Source of the DNA: Eledone cirrhosa
Lineage: Eukaryota
Assembly: GCA_964016885.1 (NCBI GenBank)
Contig: OZ024743.1
Location: 95,232,001-95,296,000, forward strand
Reading direction: 5' to 3'
DNA length: 64,000 nt
Below are positions 10,120-23,889 of the stretch, piece after piece. The notes beneath the pieces were generated by a model, which saw only the letters and a list, made by a program, of their open reading frames with translations, ran no database searches and had not been told where the DNA came from. Positions within the stretch are counted from its first letter, which is position 1. Each line of letters opens with the position of its first letter. The position numbers and the translations under genes are program-made.

Positions 10120-13100
10120 ATGACCTCACTCAGAATAGGCAGCATAAATGCGCGTGGCTTGGGGTCGTCATGGAAGCAGGGTCACCTGCTCAACGACCTC
10201 AGGTCACTAAACATAGATGTAGTGGCCATCAGCGAGACCAGAATCTCCGAAGCACGGGCCTTCGCACCGATCTTCGGCGGCTACGATGTGTACGCATCTC
10301 CCAGCCGTCCTGGATCGGGTGGAGGAGTTGCTGTGCTTTTTCGGAGAGGTTTGGATCTCGCCATACGGGCCATCTTCCTGGACCCAGAGGGTAAGCTGGT
10401 GGTGCTGGACGTGACCAGCGGAGACGGGCAAGCTTTCAGGCTAGTGGCCGTCTATGCCCCGACAGGAGCAGGGCGGCCTGATTTCTTCCGGCGTCTGGAG
10501 ACCTTTCTTGGAACGTCCCGCTCTTTAGTGTTAGTGGGCGACTGGAACGGGATCTTAGATGCACGCTGGGACTGTGTGGGATTAGCGGATAGGGGTGGAG
10601 GGTGCAAGAGCCTCACCAACCTGCTCAGGCGTTTTGAACTGTCTGACAGGTACCGATTGGATTTCCCAAATGTGCCAATGTGGACTTGGACAAACCGCAT
10701 AGGGTCATCCAGATCATATCTAGATAGAGTATTTTGTAGGGAAATAGATAGGTCTAGCATAGGCTGTCCACAATTCAAGATAGTCAGCTACACGGACCAC
10801 AAATTCGTGACCTGTGTGCTTGACTTAGATAGGCTTCATAGACGAGGACCCGGCTACTGGAAGCTAAACGCGTCCTTACCAGCGCGCAAGGCCTACAGAG
10901 ACCGGATTAGCGAACTAGTTAAGCGGGCGTTGACGGGGGCCATCGTCAACAACAAGTGGTAGTTTGCTCTGAAAAGAGCGATTAGAATAGAATCGATTAG
11001 GTTTAGTAAGGCTTTAGCAATAGAGAAAAATAGAGCAGAGGGAGAACTAGTTAAAAAATTAGACGAGGCGCTTAGCAAAGGCATTGCGACCGACGTGCTT
11101 GCGGCGAAATTGGCCCTTGACCAATTCTTCAATGCAAAGCACGAAGGCTGCGTTGTCAGAGCTAGGGTGCGTGCTCTCAGACACGAGGGGACGAAAGCCG
11201 TTCAATGGGCCCGAGTGGCGGAGGCGCGTCGTGGCAACAAAGCCACGATCCGGTCTTTGGTGGACCACGACGGGCGCATGCTACTCGATCCCGGGCAAAT
11301 GTGTGAAGCTTTTCAGCGACACTTCGCTCAGCTGTTCGGGGGCAGCGGGGGGCCGGGTAGAGGGATGGACTTTAGTGTCTACCTCGACGGACTGCCGCGG
11401 CTCTCGGCCACTGAGGCGAAGTGTTGCGAAAAGCCGATAACAGCCGCTGAAGTAAGGGAGGCAATGACTGGCTGCACAAGGGGTAAATCGCCTGGTTTGG
11501 ATGGTCTGCCCTATGAACTTTACGTACAGATGCCAGACTTGTTCGGAGGCCTCTTGGCGGACGTCTACTGCAACTGGCAACAGAACGGGAGAATTCCCAG
11601 TTCTGTGAGCCGAGGAGCGGTGGCACTGCTGAGAAAGGATCCGAACAAGGGGGATAACATAGACAATTTCCGGCCCATAACTCTGCTAAACACAGAGTTT
11701 AAGATTTTGGCCAAGGTGCTAGCAAAGAGGTTGGCGCTTGTCGTTGGTGGTCTGGTGGGAGAGGCGCAGACATGCGCCATTCCCGACAGATCCATCCACG
11801 ACAACCTCCACCTCATGCGATACATCGTAGAGAGGGTAGCTAGGGAACCTGGCACGGGTGGGTCCTTGATCAATTTAGATCAGTCGAAAGCTTTCGATAG
11901 GGTCGACCATCGTTACCTAGCGGCAGTCCTGAGGGCGGCTGGCTTTGGGCCCGTCTTCAGAGGCTGGATCGCTGCCATGCACAGCGACATCTGCTCTGTG
12001 GTGAGAGTGAACGGTCACCTGTCGGAACCGTTCAACATCATGCGCTCGGTCCGCCAAGGATGTCCCCTCTCGTCCCTCTTGTACGTATTGACTCTCGAGC
12101 CATTACTGCACAAACTGGAGACGTTGAGGGGAGTCCCGCGCGAACTAGGATGCGGAAGATCAGTGTCAGCATATGCGGACGATGTCACCGTAGTGGTGTC
12201 GAGCGCCAAACACATCGAGGCGATCGGCACTACACTAAGAGAATACGAAGCGGTGACAGGAGCAATGATCAACCAGGAAAAGTCAGTGGGCCTGCAGCTC
12301 GGCACCTGGAGAGGCAGGTCCATGCCGTCCAACAGCGTCGTCGGACGCTGGACGAACGGACCGGTTAAATTGCTAGGGGTCTGGTTCGGTCCGGACCTCC
12401 AGACGGACAAAAACTGGGACGAGGTGACGAGCAGGGTGGCTTCTCTCACCCAGAAATGGGCGGAGAGGAAGCTATCCCTGAAAGGTCGAGCGGAGGTGGC
12501 TAACGCGTACATCGCGTCCGTCATCTGCTACCGTCTGACCGTCGTACCTTGTCCTAAGCCTCGCCTGACTGCGCTGGAGCGTTTGCTCTTTCGCTTTTTG
12601 TGGAAGGGACGCGCTCCGATGGTCAGGCGGTCCATCTGTTGTCAACACCCGCTACGTGGAGGGCTGGGCATGCCGTGGCTGATGATGCACAGGCACGCGC
12701 TCAGGCTACGACATCTCCACCTCTTCCTCGACGGTGATCAGGTGTGGTCGCCGTTTGCTAGGCGCGTGTTTCCCCAGCTCGTTTCCTTGACGGAGCTGCA
12801 GTACTGGGTCAAGCGAAGACCGAGAGGGAGCGCCTGGAGACTGGAATGTCTTCAGGCGCTCACAGCCCTCGACCAATCGGGCAATGTGATCGGTGGAAAC
12901 TCCACCTCGGCGTTCTATAGAGGATTAGTGGAGGGGAAGAGCGATGACGTACTTGGGGAAACTCTAGGCGTCGACGAAAATCAACTAGCCAATCTCTTCG
13001 GAAGAACTTTCGGGCCAGGGCCTATGGACAACTTCCAGAAATCTCTGGCCTGGCAGTGCTACTGAGGAGCCTTGCCAGTTCGGGATAAACTCTACAGGCA

Positions 13101-13539
13101 TGGAGGTGCCGTCAGCCGGGCATGTCCGAGATGCGCGCAGGGCGACGAAACCGTCCTGCACGCACTCGTCCAGTGTCCGAAAATTGCTGACTTGTGGGTT
13201 TATGTCGAACACCTGCTGTCGCGTTTAGGACGGATCCGGCTATCATCAGAGTCCATCGTGAGGATTGCCCCGCCCTCCTCCTTTAGCCGGGAAGGGCAGG
13301 CAGTTTTTATCTGCCTGGTGGCCATGGTGAAAGAGATAGTATGGTGGACACGTTTGAAAGGGCTGAAGACGAGCACTTACCTCTTCGGTGATGCTCTGAT
13401 TGACTTTTTCAAATTTCATTTGAAAAGGAAAATCAGAGTAGAGAGGGAAGTGCTCTCTTCCCAGCATTTTGTTGAAAGATGGGTGAGAGAAGCAAGAATG
13501 GCCCGAGTGAATGGGCCTACTCTGAGTATATATCTGTAA
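10120..13539 (+). pseudogene. Tx1 ORF2 with two premature stops
   Basis: TGG>TAG at 10960-10962 and CGA>TGA at 13063-13065, otherwise colinear with copy 1. Confidence 0.9.
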
Positions 13540-13798
13540 ATTAAAGGTGGAAAACTGGGAGAGGGCACTTGCCTTGGTGGTCAGGGTCATTGTGGCTTTT
13601 TACTGGGCTTTCACCACAAATGTCCCTCCGAAGTCTCCCCCCTATTGGGGAATTTTTCATTGTTATTTTCATTGTTATTTTTGTTACATCCTCTGTTTTT
13701 GTTTTTTACACGCAGAAATGCCCATTTGTACCGTCCTGCATTGTCCTGCACTGTCCTTAATGTCTACTTTATGTAAACCCTTGTGGTTAATAAAGAAA

Positions 13799-13800
<2 letters not shown>

Positions 13801-13889
<89 letters not shown>

Positions 13890-13903
13890 GTAGTAGTAGT
13901 AGT
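13801..13903 (+). repeat. (ATT)n/(AGT)n tail of copy 2
   Basis: Seen directly. Confidence 0.9.
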
Positions 13904-13904
13904 T

Positions 13905-16080
13905 ATTAAACGCTTCTCCGCGCCCATTTATATCCTGTTTTGTAGTTAAAGCAACCTGGATCACTCAAAACCGATCGGTTTTCTTCTATCCTCGGCCCTT
14001 AGGGACAACATTTGTATGTTAAATACAAATACTAATATTGTTGAACAAAACATGAAAATAATGATTATTCTATGACACCCGTAAAATACACCACCCCGTT
14101 GTCCACGTAATGGAACAACCAGAGAGCAACAAAACAACAGCAACAACAACAACAACAACAACATAACAATAGAAGTGATGCCACAGCAGAAAATTATATT
14201 GCTTTTCCTTCTTTAGCTGAAGAAAACACCGGCTCCATCGGCACTATAACAACAATAACAGTCAACACTAGTACTTCCAACAAAGCAACACTAGTGACAG
14301 AAACAACAGCGGCAACGAGGCCAGTTACACCAAGATCAGCAATTCCGATGAGGACAGTCGCAAAACCAGTGAAACTCTTATGATATCCTTACTTAACAAT
14401 GAGTTATGACTGCAGTATGTTATGATATCCTTGCTGAACAATGAGTTATGACTGCTACATGTTATGATGTCCTTGCTCAACAATGAGTTATGACGGCCAC
14501 ATGTTATGATGTCCTTGCTCAACAATGAGTTATGACTGCCACATGTTATGATATCCTTGCTCAACAATGAGTTATGAATGCCACATGATACAAATTGGTC
14601 AACATGGAGAGGAGAGGAGCCACATGATACAAATTGGTCAAAATGGAGAGGAGCCTCATTAAACGAGTCATTGGCCGCAACTGCGAAAAGAGGCTCTGCA
14701 CCACTGAAGCAGCATTACAGATCCAGATTAATAGGGATTTTAAAAATATAGCCTGAATTTAAATTTGTCGCAAGGGCAATGCAGTTTAGGATCGTAGAAG
14801 TGCTCTTAAAACATTCTGTGGTCTATTGTCGAAGCAGTAACTATGTGCTGTTCTCTTTCACTTTAGGAAGAAGTAAGGGCAGGATTTCAGGTTTCCCACT
14901 GGAGTTGAACAGCTGGTGGATCCTATTAGGTCGCGACACCTTCATGGGCGTAAAAGAATGTGGCAGGAGAACTGGCTTGGGGTCAGTTTGGGTAAGCCTG
15001 AAAAGAATCCCAGATCCCATTTGCTTGCCGAATGGACATGAGTTCCGTGTTGCAGTTGAGGGCAGAAAACCTCGCTGTCATTTATGTGGTCAAGTCACTT
15101 TTGTGCTCAACAACAAACAGGATCTCAAGAATCCTCTGTGGCGAACAGCAATGCCACAACAACAATAACAACATCTACAACAACAGCAACAGAAGTATCA
15201 GCCTAAGTAGCAGCCACAACAGTAACAGTAACAATAACAACTGCAGTAGTAGCCCTACAAGAGCAGCGGCAGGTATAACAACAATAGCAACAGCAGCACA
15301 CCAGCATCAACAAGAAAGAAAAGAGGAGGAACAACATAACCACTCAGGGTGTCATAACACAGCTCACCCTCGCTCTCCCTAATTTCAAACGAAAACACAC
15401 ACATACACACGTACACAACCACACTCCCACCGCCAACCAGCTTTGGTTTTACCAACATGGAACGCTCAACTTGCGGCGTGAAGAGGGAAACCCAAAAACC
15501 AAAGAGTTAAAAAAACTCTTTCTGACACCAACCCACACTCTAGAAATCACCAAATCTACGCTCATACCAAACGCACCTGAACCACCATCAACTCCATCAA
15601 TACTAACACCACCATCATTAATAAGAAACATACAAATCGTTGACAGAGAGCTTCCCACATAACATTGGGAACCGAAATATCAGGATCACCAGTCGGCTTC
15701 GCAATGATTTCCTGAAGGAACCCGAAACAAATATGGTATAAGGAATACAAATAGCACCACCCTACTTTCTTTCCTGCCAACACAGCATCTATAAGAATAG
15801 GATGAATAAATTTGGTGGCTTGTATTCTACATGCATTTCTCCAGTGTCCGTGCATCACTGGTTTTTAGAGTTTTGTCGAACAGCTATTGTCACGTATGGA
15901 ACGGAGCCGGATATCAACCCATCCACCGTGAATATTTCCCAGCTACCTTCTGTTGGTCGAGAAGGGCAGGTCCTTTTCCTATGTCTGGTGGCTGTGGTAA
16001 AAGAGGTTGTGTGATGGGCACGACTAAAATGACTGGAAACAGATACATTCCTCTCCTTCTAAGTCTTCATCGATGTTTGC
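13905..16080 (+). mobile_element. Old, internally deleted Tx1-related relic (ORF1 remnant plus ORF2 C-terminus)
   Basis: IPDPICLPNGHEFRVAVEGRKPRCHLCG (ORF 14779-15168) aligns with ORF1 IPDVIDFDNGTQLPISVEGKRPKCFRCG. GREGQVLFLCLVAVVKEVV (~15955-16011) aligns with ORF2 SREGQAVFICLVAMAKEIV. Confidence 0.75.
14378..14587. repeat. 42-bp minisatellite, ~5 copies
   Basis: Unit TTATGATATCCTTGCTCAACAATGAGTTATGACTGCCACATG. Confidence 0.9.
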
Positions 16081-16085
16081 GAAAT

Positions 16086-16580
16086 AAAGTTCCAGTAACG
16101 TACTAGTGTCGATTTAATCGATTTTCCCCTTCCATTCAAATTGCTGGCCTTGTGCCAACAGTAGAAATAATTGTTATGGCGGTGTACCGTCACAATGTGT
16201 CGGACAAATGTTTAGCAGTTTCGTTCCGACTATTTACTTTTTAAGTTCAAATCCCACTCTTGTCAACTTTACCTTTCATGACTCCGTGGTCAATATAATA
16301 ATTGTTTCTACTTTTGGCACAATGCCAGCAATTACCCAGTGCATTATTGGTACTTTATTTTATCGATCCCGTAAGGATGAAAGGCAAAGTCAACCTCGGC
16401 GGGATTTGAACTCAGAATGGAAAGGGCCGTAACTCTATGCTTCAAAGCATGGCGTCTGAGCCTCTACCGATGCTGCCAGATGTACCAGTCAAGTACTTAA
16501 GTCGATATAATCGACTTTTGCTCCCGACCACCTTCACTAAAAAAATGCAGGCCTTGTGCCAAATTTAGAAGCCATTATTT
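16086..16580. mobile_element. Nested SINE cluster: older plus-strand copies interrupted by a minus-strand copy at ~16297-16478
   Basis: SINE body and tail motifs occur in both orientations. Confidence 0.8.
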
Positions 16581-19273
16581 TTCTTGATTCGTTGTCTTTC
16601 TAATTCATTTAGCGCCCAGCTGAGAATAATATAGCTAAATTTTATTGCTGTTACTTGTAAAGTAGTGATGTTTATTACCTTAATTTTTGCATTTAGCTGT
16701 ATTCTAAGTATTAATCTAATAAGTCTAATATTTCTCCCAAACGTTTTCTTTCATTTCTGTCGAGTCCATTGATTTCTAAGTATATTTATGTCTGTGTTTG
16801 TTGTAATTCTCTTACATCAGCGTACTTAGCTAGAATGATATTAGTGATCTTAATTGATTTTCTTCTCTCTAAGGTTGCCTTATCGTACTTTTCTAATCTG
16901 AATCTTAAATTAATTCCGCTAGTAAATCCGTATGCTACCATATACGTATGATGCTGACTTTGGTCATCCATATAAAAAAAAACCGATGATTGTACTTCTA
17001 TTGCATTTGTATCCGAATCCAATCTGGTTTAAGTGCTGGTGAAAAAAAAAAAAGGAATGAAAAGAAAGAGGTCCCTTGGAATATGTCTCTTTTATTAAAG
17101 AAGGGGTTAGTTTTTATATTTCACCCTTTTATCTCTGCAAAATTATTTCTCGTTTACTCAAAACTGGTTATTATATTGGATTCTTATTTGTGCTATCTTA
17201 TTAATGGTCAATACTTATAGAATCTTCGTGTAGAGTACATTATCATGTACTCCAATTGAGTCTATAATACTCAAGCTCTTTTACTTCCGCAGAATTCGAT
17301 TATAGCTTTTTAGAACATTATGTGATGTTTACAGTGTTATGTTTATCAAGAAATGATTTGGTTTTTGCATTGTTTTTTTGTTTTTTGTTTTTTTTTCATA
17401 TTTTACTAAAGTTTCATATTGCAATGAAGCTTTAGTGAAATATATAGGTAGTGATGGGTCTGTAGGTTTCAGTGTTTCCTGTTTCGTTAGTCTTGAAATT
17501 TAACATGGTTTGCTTCTCAGTAATCAATCGTTGTGCTGTTTTCAGTTCTATCAATATGTTATTAAATATTTTTGTTATTACATTATGTATACTAGCAGAA
17601 AAATGTGGTTTTCTACTAGCATGTGTAGTGTGCATATTGATATACGCAAGTATATACACATGTAGATATGATACATCAAATAAAATCGTAATTGACAATA
17701 TACACAGAAATTGAACGAAGACTGTGTTACACTGTCTTATGTAATCAGTAATGTAATCTCTGATACATTATAAAAAGACGATATTATATATAAACTGCAT
17801 TAGGAGAAAATTAGTTACGGAAATATATGAATATGTATTTAAGCGATCGCTAACCGGAAGTGTTGACATTTGAAAATTTTAAAGAACTGAATCTTTAAAT
17901 AAGCAACAAAATTATTTATATTTAATCAAGAATAACGAAATTTAGTAGATAAATTATGTAATATTCATTCATTATTTATTCAAAGTAATCCAACTTAATT
18001 TACAAACGGGGTAAAAAAAAAAAATGGACTCAGTCCCGCACTCCTTACTTTATTATAGTTTAGATTTGTTATATATTTTAACCCTAAGTTTGCGATTTTA
18101 TCATGTATTTCATGACTTGAATTTTTTTGTAGTGTTTTGGCTGGCATTCTTCTTGTGAAGTCACTGCATTTGTTTAGAACAATCTCGTCTGCAGTATTTC
18201 GTTGTCAATATTCCTGCCCAGAATTCTACTAGAGATTATCATAAAATAATTTTGTTTGGGCTCCGAACTTTTCAAAGGATCGTTGGTAGTTTTCATAACA
18301 AGGGCTCTTAGCAACGGTTTCATGGATTTATCAACTTTATATAGTGTTTGTGCAACTGAAAGGCCCTCTTAACGAAAGGTTTTATTCAGTTTTATTCAGT
18401 TATTGATATAACACTGATCCGATAGTCAGACAGATAACATCAATCATAAGATAAACAATGTTTGTAATCCACGTGATATAGGTTTTCGTAAATTATTTTC
18501 ACAACACATTTTATGTAATAATTGATTAACAATATCGTCATTGGTTTCCAGCGGTCAATTATTGTTTACATTACATTTCCGATATTATTTTTCCGAAAGT
18601 TCTTAGCCTGGCTATACTAAACCAAAAAGGCAAAGCCTTTTTGGTTACACTCTAAGTATACGTTGGTTATAAAGCTGCCAGCAACCTGTCCGGGGAGTAT
18701 GAAATATGACGAAACCGTTTGGCAGACACACAATCAGTGTCCGTACATTGATGATGCGTAAGTCTATGTCGAACAAGTTTTATGACACGTGGAATGGTTC
18801 TAGCTTTCAACTGAGGCTCTCATCAATTTTTACCCACATCCTTCTTTTAACTCGGAAGAGCAAGTAGATTTCCTACATCTAGTGACCAGCAAGAAAAGTT
18901 ATATGTAGAAGGTGTTGAAACGTTTGAAGTCAGAGCTTTACTTCTCGGGTCAAGTCCTTATAAACCTCTTCAACTGCCCCTTGAAGAAGAGGGTGACAGC
19001 TCTGAATGAGGCTCTGTTCACGGGTGAGTCTCTTTTGGAAGGTACATTAGAGTGATAAAATTGTCATTAGTGTAACTACACAACGTCTCTGACAATAAGA
19101 TGTCGGAGAGGGAACTTGCCTTTGGTATGTTTAGGTGCTCTGAGGTTGTTTGTGAGTTATTCCGGATCACACTATGCTCTCCTTCCCCTACACAGACATA
19201 TACAATTCAGGGATCCTTTCTTATTATTTTGTTGTTCGCTGTTGTTATTGCTGTTTATTATTATCATTTCATC

Positions 19274-19467
19274 GGCGATGGATTGGCAGTATCGGTAGAG
19301 GGTCGGACTCCATGGTTTGTAGCAAAGAGTTACGGCCCTTTATGATCTGAGTTCAAATCCCACCGAGGTGAACTTTGCCTTTCATCCTTAGGGGTCGATA
19401 AAATAAAGTACCAGTAATGTACTGGGGTAATTGCTGGCCTTGTGCCAAAAGTAGAAACAATTATTAT
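19274..19467 (+). mobile_element. Full-length tRNA-derived SINE with TSD
   Basis: A-box-like TGGCAGTATCGG, B box GAGTTCAAATCCC and an ATT tail. Flanked by TTATTATC(T)ATTTCATC on both sides. Confidence 0.9.
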
Positions 19468-19499
19468 CTATTTCATCTCTTGAACCATTACTCCACAAA

Positions 19500-20632
19500 C
19501 GTTGAGGATGTGAGATGAGTGTCAGTGCACGACGTCACCCTAGTGGTGGTGACCCCCAAACACATTGACATGATCGGCACCGCTCTCAAAGAGTTCGAGG
19601 CGGTAACATGAGCAAACATTAAGCGGGAAACGTAGGTGGGCCTGCAACTAGGCACCTAGAAAGGCAGGCCTATGCCGTCCAACAGCACTAGCAAGGCCCC
19701 AAACTCCACCAACAGCAGCAATAGAAACACCAACATCACCAACAGCAACTGTACGAAATATGAAGACCACCCTGGGGGACTCCCAGCTTAGCTCTCCCTC
19801 TCCCTTATTCAAAATACACACACACACATATACACACTCATCCTCATTCACACACACGTACACACACATACATACTCATCCTCATTCACGCACACACTCA
19901 CACATACACACACTCATCCTCATTTTCACACACACACACACACACTCATCCTCATTCACACACACTCATCCTCATTCACACACACACACATACACACACT
20001 CATCCTCATTCACACACACACACATACACACACTCATCCTCATTCACACACACACACACACACACACACTCATCCTCATTCACACACACACACATACACA
20101 CACTCATCCTCATTCACACACACACACATACACACACTCATCCTCATTCACACACACACACATACACACACTCATCCTCATTCACACACACACACACACA
20201 CACACTCATCCTCATTCACACACACACACATACACACACACATACACACACACACACTCACTCATCCTCATTCACACACACACACATACACACACTCATC
20301 CTCATTCACACACACACACATACACACACTCATCCTCATTCACACACACACACACACTCATCCTCATTCACACACACACACATACACACACTCATCCTCA
20401 TTCACACACACACACATACACACACTCATCCTCATTCACACACACACACACACACACTCATCCTCATTCACACACACACACATACACACACTCATCCTCA
20501 TTCACACACACACACACACTCACTCATCCTCATTCACACACACACACATACACACACTCATCCTCATTCACACACACACACATACACACACTCATCCTCA
20601 TTCACACACACACACATACACACACTCATCCT

Positions 20633-20664
<32 letters not shown>

Positions 20665-20770
20665 TCCTCATTCACACACACACACATACACACACTCATC
20701 CTCATTCACACACACACACATACACACACTCATCCTCATTCACACACACACACATACACACACTCATCCT

Positions 20771-20802
<32 letters not shown>

Positions 20803-20902
20803 TCCTCATTCACACACACTCACTCATCCTCATTCACACACACACACATACATACACACACTCATCCTCATTCACACACACACACATACACACACTCATC
20901 CT

Positions 20903-20937
<35 letters not shown>

Positions 20938-21008
20938 CCTCATTCACACACACACACATACACACACTCATCCTCATTCACACACACACACATACACACA
21001 CTCATCCT

Positions 21009-21043
<35 letters not shown>

Positions 21044-21081
21044 CCTCATTCACACACACACACACACACACACATCCTCAA

Positions 21082-21115
<34 letters not shown>

Positions 21116-22512
21116 ATTCTCATTCATATACTCACACCACAACACCCATCTGAGTCGAATGATTCATATATGGAAACTAATTTTCACAGCGAGGAAGAAG
21201 GGGAACCTTAAAAGGACAAACACCAAAAGATGAAACATGAAAAATACCCCAAATTATCCTGCGGCATTTCAATATACACTCAAGTAAACACAGAACCCAC
21301 ACACAATAAACTCAGACACATCCACAACAACATCCGATATCAGCAGCTGGACAACAAAATAAACGAACACACGCACAGCCACAACAACCAACAACACATA
21401 CACCAAACGCCATATTAATAAGAATGGCGAACGACGAACTGATGGCCCTCATGGCAAATTAGAGCGCCTTCTCTTCACCCTCTTGTGGAAGGGACAGGTT
21501 CCATAGGCGAGGAATCCCATCTGCTTACAGAACCTTCTACACAGAGGGCTGGTCATGCCGTGATTGATGATGCGCCATCATGTGCAGAGGATACGGCCTC
21601 TCCATATATTCCTAAATGGTGAACATGTGTGGTCACCGTTTGTCAGACAAGTTTTCCGTAGCTTGTCTCTTTGACTGAGCTGCAGTCGTGAGTCCAGATA
21701 AGACAGAGACTGGCCGCAAGGCATCTGGAATGTATTTAGGCGTTCACAGCATTTTACCAGTCGGTCTATGGAAATCCACTTTAAACCTCTGTAGAGGACT
21801 AATGGTGGGCACGTTCGATGATGTTCTTGGAGAGGTTCTAGGCATCAACGAAATTGATCTGACCTAATTACTTGGCTTGGTAATGCTGCCGATTTGCACT
21901 GCTGATTCGAGACAAACTCTAGAGGCACGGAAAGTCAAACCTGTCCGCGGTGCGCGCGGAACCACGAAACTATTCTGCACGCACTCGTCCTCTGTCCGTG
22001 CATTACTGACTTGTGGCATTTTGTCGAACAGCTATCGCGTGTATGATGGATCAGATTATGGACCGAATCCATCGTGAAGATCGCCTCACCACCTTCTTTA
22101 GGCCAGGAAGGGCAGGCAGTTTTCCTCTGCCTGGTGGCTGTAGCGAGAGCGGTTGTTTGGTGGACGCGACTGAAATGACAGAAGAGAGACACTTTTCTCT
22201 ACGGCAAAGCCCTCGTCAACGTTTTCAAGTTCCACTTACATTTCTTAAAAGGTGGTTGAACGTCACTACCTATAGGCTGGATAGTTTGGAGGGGAGAGGG
22301 GCGCTCTCCTAAGCTGCTCTTAGTGACTAGGGTGGTTTAAGATTGGCAGGTTTCCTGAGTCACATCAAGGTGATACCCCTCTCTATTGAGAAATTTTCAT
22401 TGTTATGTATTTTATTGTTTTTACACAATTTTATTGCAAACCCTCACTTTCCCTGTCGTGTATTATCCCCTATATGTCGACCCTTGTGACAAATAAAGAA
22501 ATTATTATTATT
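19500..22512 (+). mobile_element. Degenerate Tx1-related relic (ORF2 RT-to-3'-end fragments) interrupted by C/A-rich sequence
   Basis: 19520-19686 is homologous to 5895-6071, and 21460-22260 is homologous to 6310-7220. The 3' end CCCTTGTGACAAATAAAGAAATTATTATT resembles copy 1. Confidence 0.85.
19815..21125. repeat. Compound minisatellite [CTCATCCTCATT + (CA)n/CATA]
   Basis: Several dozen units with a fixed 12-nt core and a variable CA tract. Confidence 0.92.
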
Positions 22513-22589
22513 ACGATGATTATGATTTCTTTATTAGTCACAAGACCCGACATATAGGGGATAATACAAAAGACATGGATTGGGAGGGT

Positions 22590-22603
22590 TTATTATTATT
22601 ATT

Positions 22604-22651
<48 letters not shown>
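22590..22651. repeat. (ATT)n-(GTT)n microsatellite
   Basis: Seen directly. Confidence 0.9.
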
Positions 22652-23702
22652 ACTGTTACTGATATTCATATTTCTGTATCCAGGCTGATCTGATTGAAAA
22701 CATCGAGGTTCCATATGGTGACATCAGTTTCAATTTATCCGACAAAATTTGAAACTTCTTTATCGTTATAATAGTTTAAGACATTCTTGAGAAACAGATG
22801 GTATGGTAGCTATCTGTGATTCCCTTAATTATGGAAGCACTGTTATTCTTCTCATCGTTTGCAACCGGCAAAAAACTATGTTTATTTAAAATGTCAACGA
22901 GTTTGACGTCGAGAAAAAGTAATAGGCAGCCATGACAGCCGTTATAGCGGTAACAAGACACCTGTCGTCTGCGTTGAACGTTTTGCTTATCAAAGCAAAA
23001 ATTGAGCACTTAGTGTTTCTTGTTTTTTACTTCATCAACCAAGACTTTCCCACTTTCCCAGTCAACAACGTAAACATGGCCGCCACAATCACTATTACAA
23101 CTACACCCAATCAAGAATGACACAACATTGCTACCACACCGTACACCAGACAGCAACGTAAACATTCCCACTACACCCCCTCTACTCCCACTGCTACCAA
23201 AACCCACATTACTACACTACCAATTCAACACTGCCACTACAACTGAAACTACAATCTCCCACCCCTTGTCAACAACACCACAAATACTGCCCCCACAAAC
23301 TCTACTACAATCTCCCATCAGTCGTCAGCAACACTACAAATACTGCAATACAACACTACAACACTACAACACTACAACACTACCCATTCAACACTTCCAC
23401 CACAAACTCCATTACCATCTCCCACCCTTAGGCAACAACGCCACTTACACTGCCACTACAACTCTCAGAACAACAAACAAGTTACAGGCAGCAGCCATAA
23501 CAAGAATCCCAGTCAACAAAGTAACCACAGCCATCAGAACCTCCATCACAACAAACTCTCCTATGCTAGCTGATATGTGACAGTAAAAGAGATATTCCTC
23601 TGAAATGCTCCTCAACAGATGCAGAGGTGAGGATTTTACTGTTATTCGTACTGCATGCGCCGGTGAACTGTGAAGATAAGTTTTGTGGATGTACTATTAC
23701 AA

Positions 23703-23889
23703 ATTAATTGTTTCTACTTTTGGCACAAGGCCAGCAATTATCTCAATGTATTACTGGTACTTTATTTTATCGACCTCGAAAGGATGACAGGCTAAGTTAA
23801 CCTCGGCGGGATTTGAAATCAGACCATAGAGGGCCGTAATTCTTTGCTGCAAAGCATGGCGTCCGACCCTCTACCGATACTGCCAATCA
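23703..23889 (-). mobile_element. tRNA-derived SINE
   Basis: Reverse complement of the family seen at 19274. Confidence 0.88.

Larger units (their letters stand above)
7792..13800 (+). mobile_element. Full-length Tx1-clade element, copy 2, inactivated
   Basis: Near-identical to copy 1 with the same termini (GAATGCCATGG ... AATAAAGAAATC). Confidence 0.93.

Noticed and set aside
1828-13590. Antisense and alternative-frame ORFs within the Tx1 copies
   Set aside because: Shadow ORFs of GC-rich or low-complexity coding sequence.
17840-18785. Possible host promoter and exon (ETS-like ACCGGAAGTG near 17852; short ATG frame ending at GTAAGT near 18778)
   Set aside because: Isolated short motifs of this kind are expected by chance, and there is no recognisable protein or partner exon.
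19274-19370. tRNA genes
   Set aside because: The A/B boxes belong to SINE heads and no cloverleaf can be formed.
19760-21211. 483-aa His/Thr-rich ORF
   Set aside because: It is a translation of the (CA)n compound repeat.
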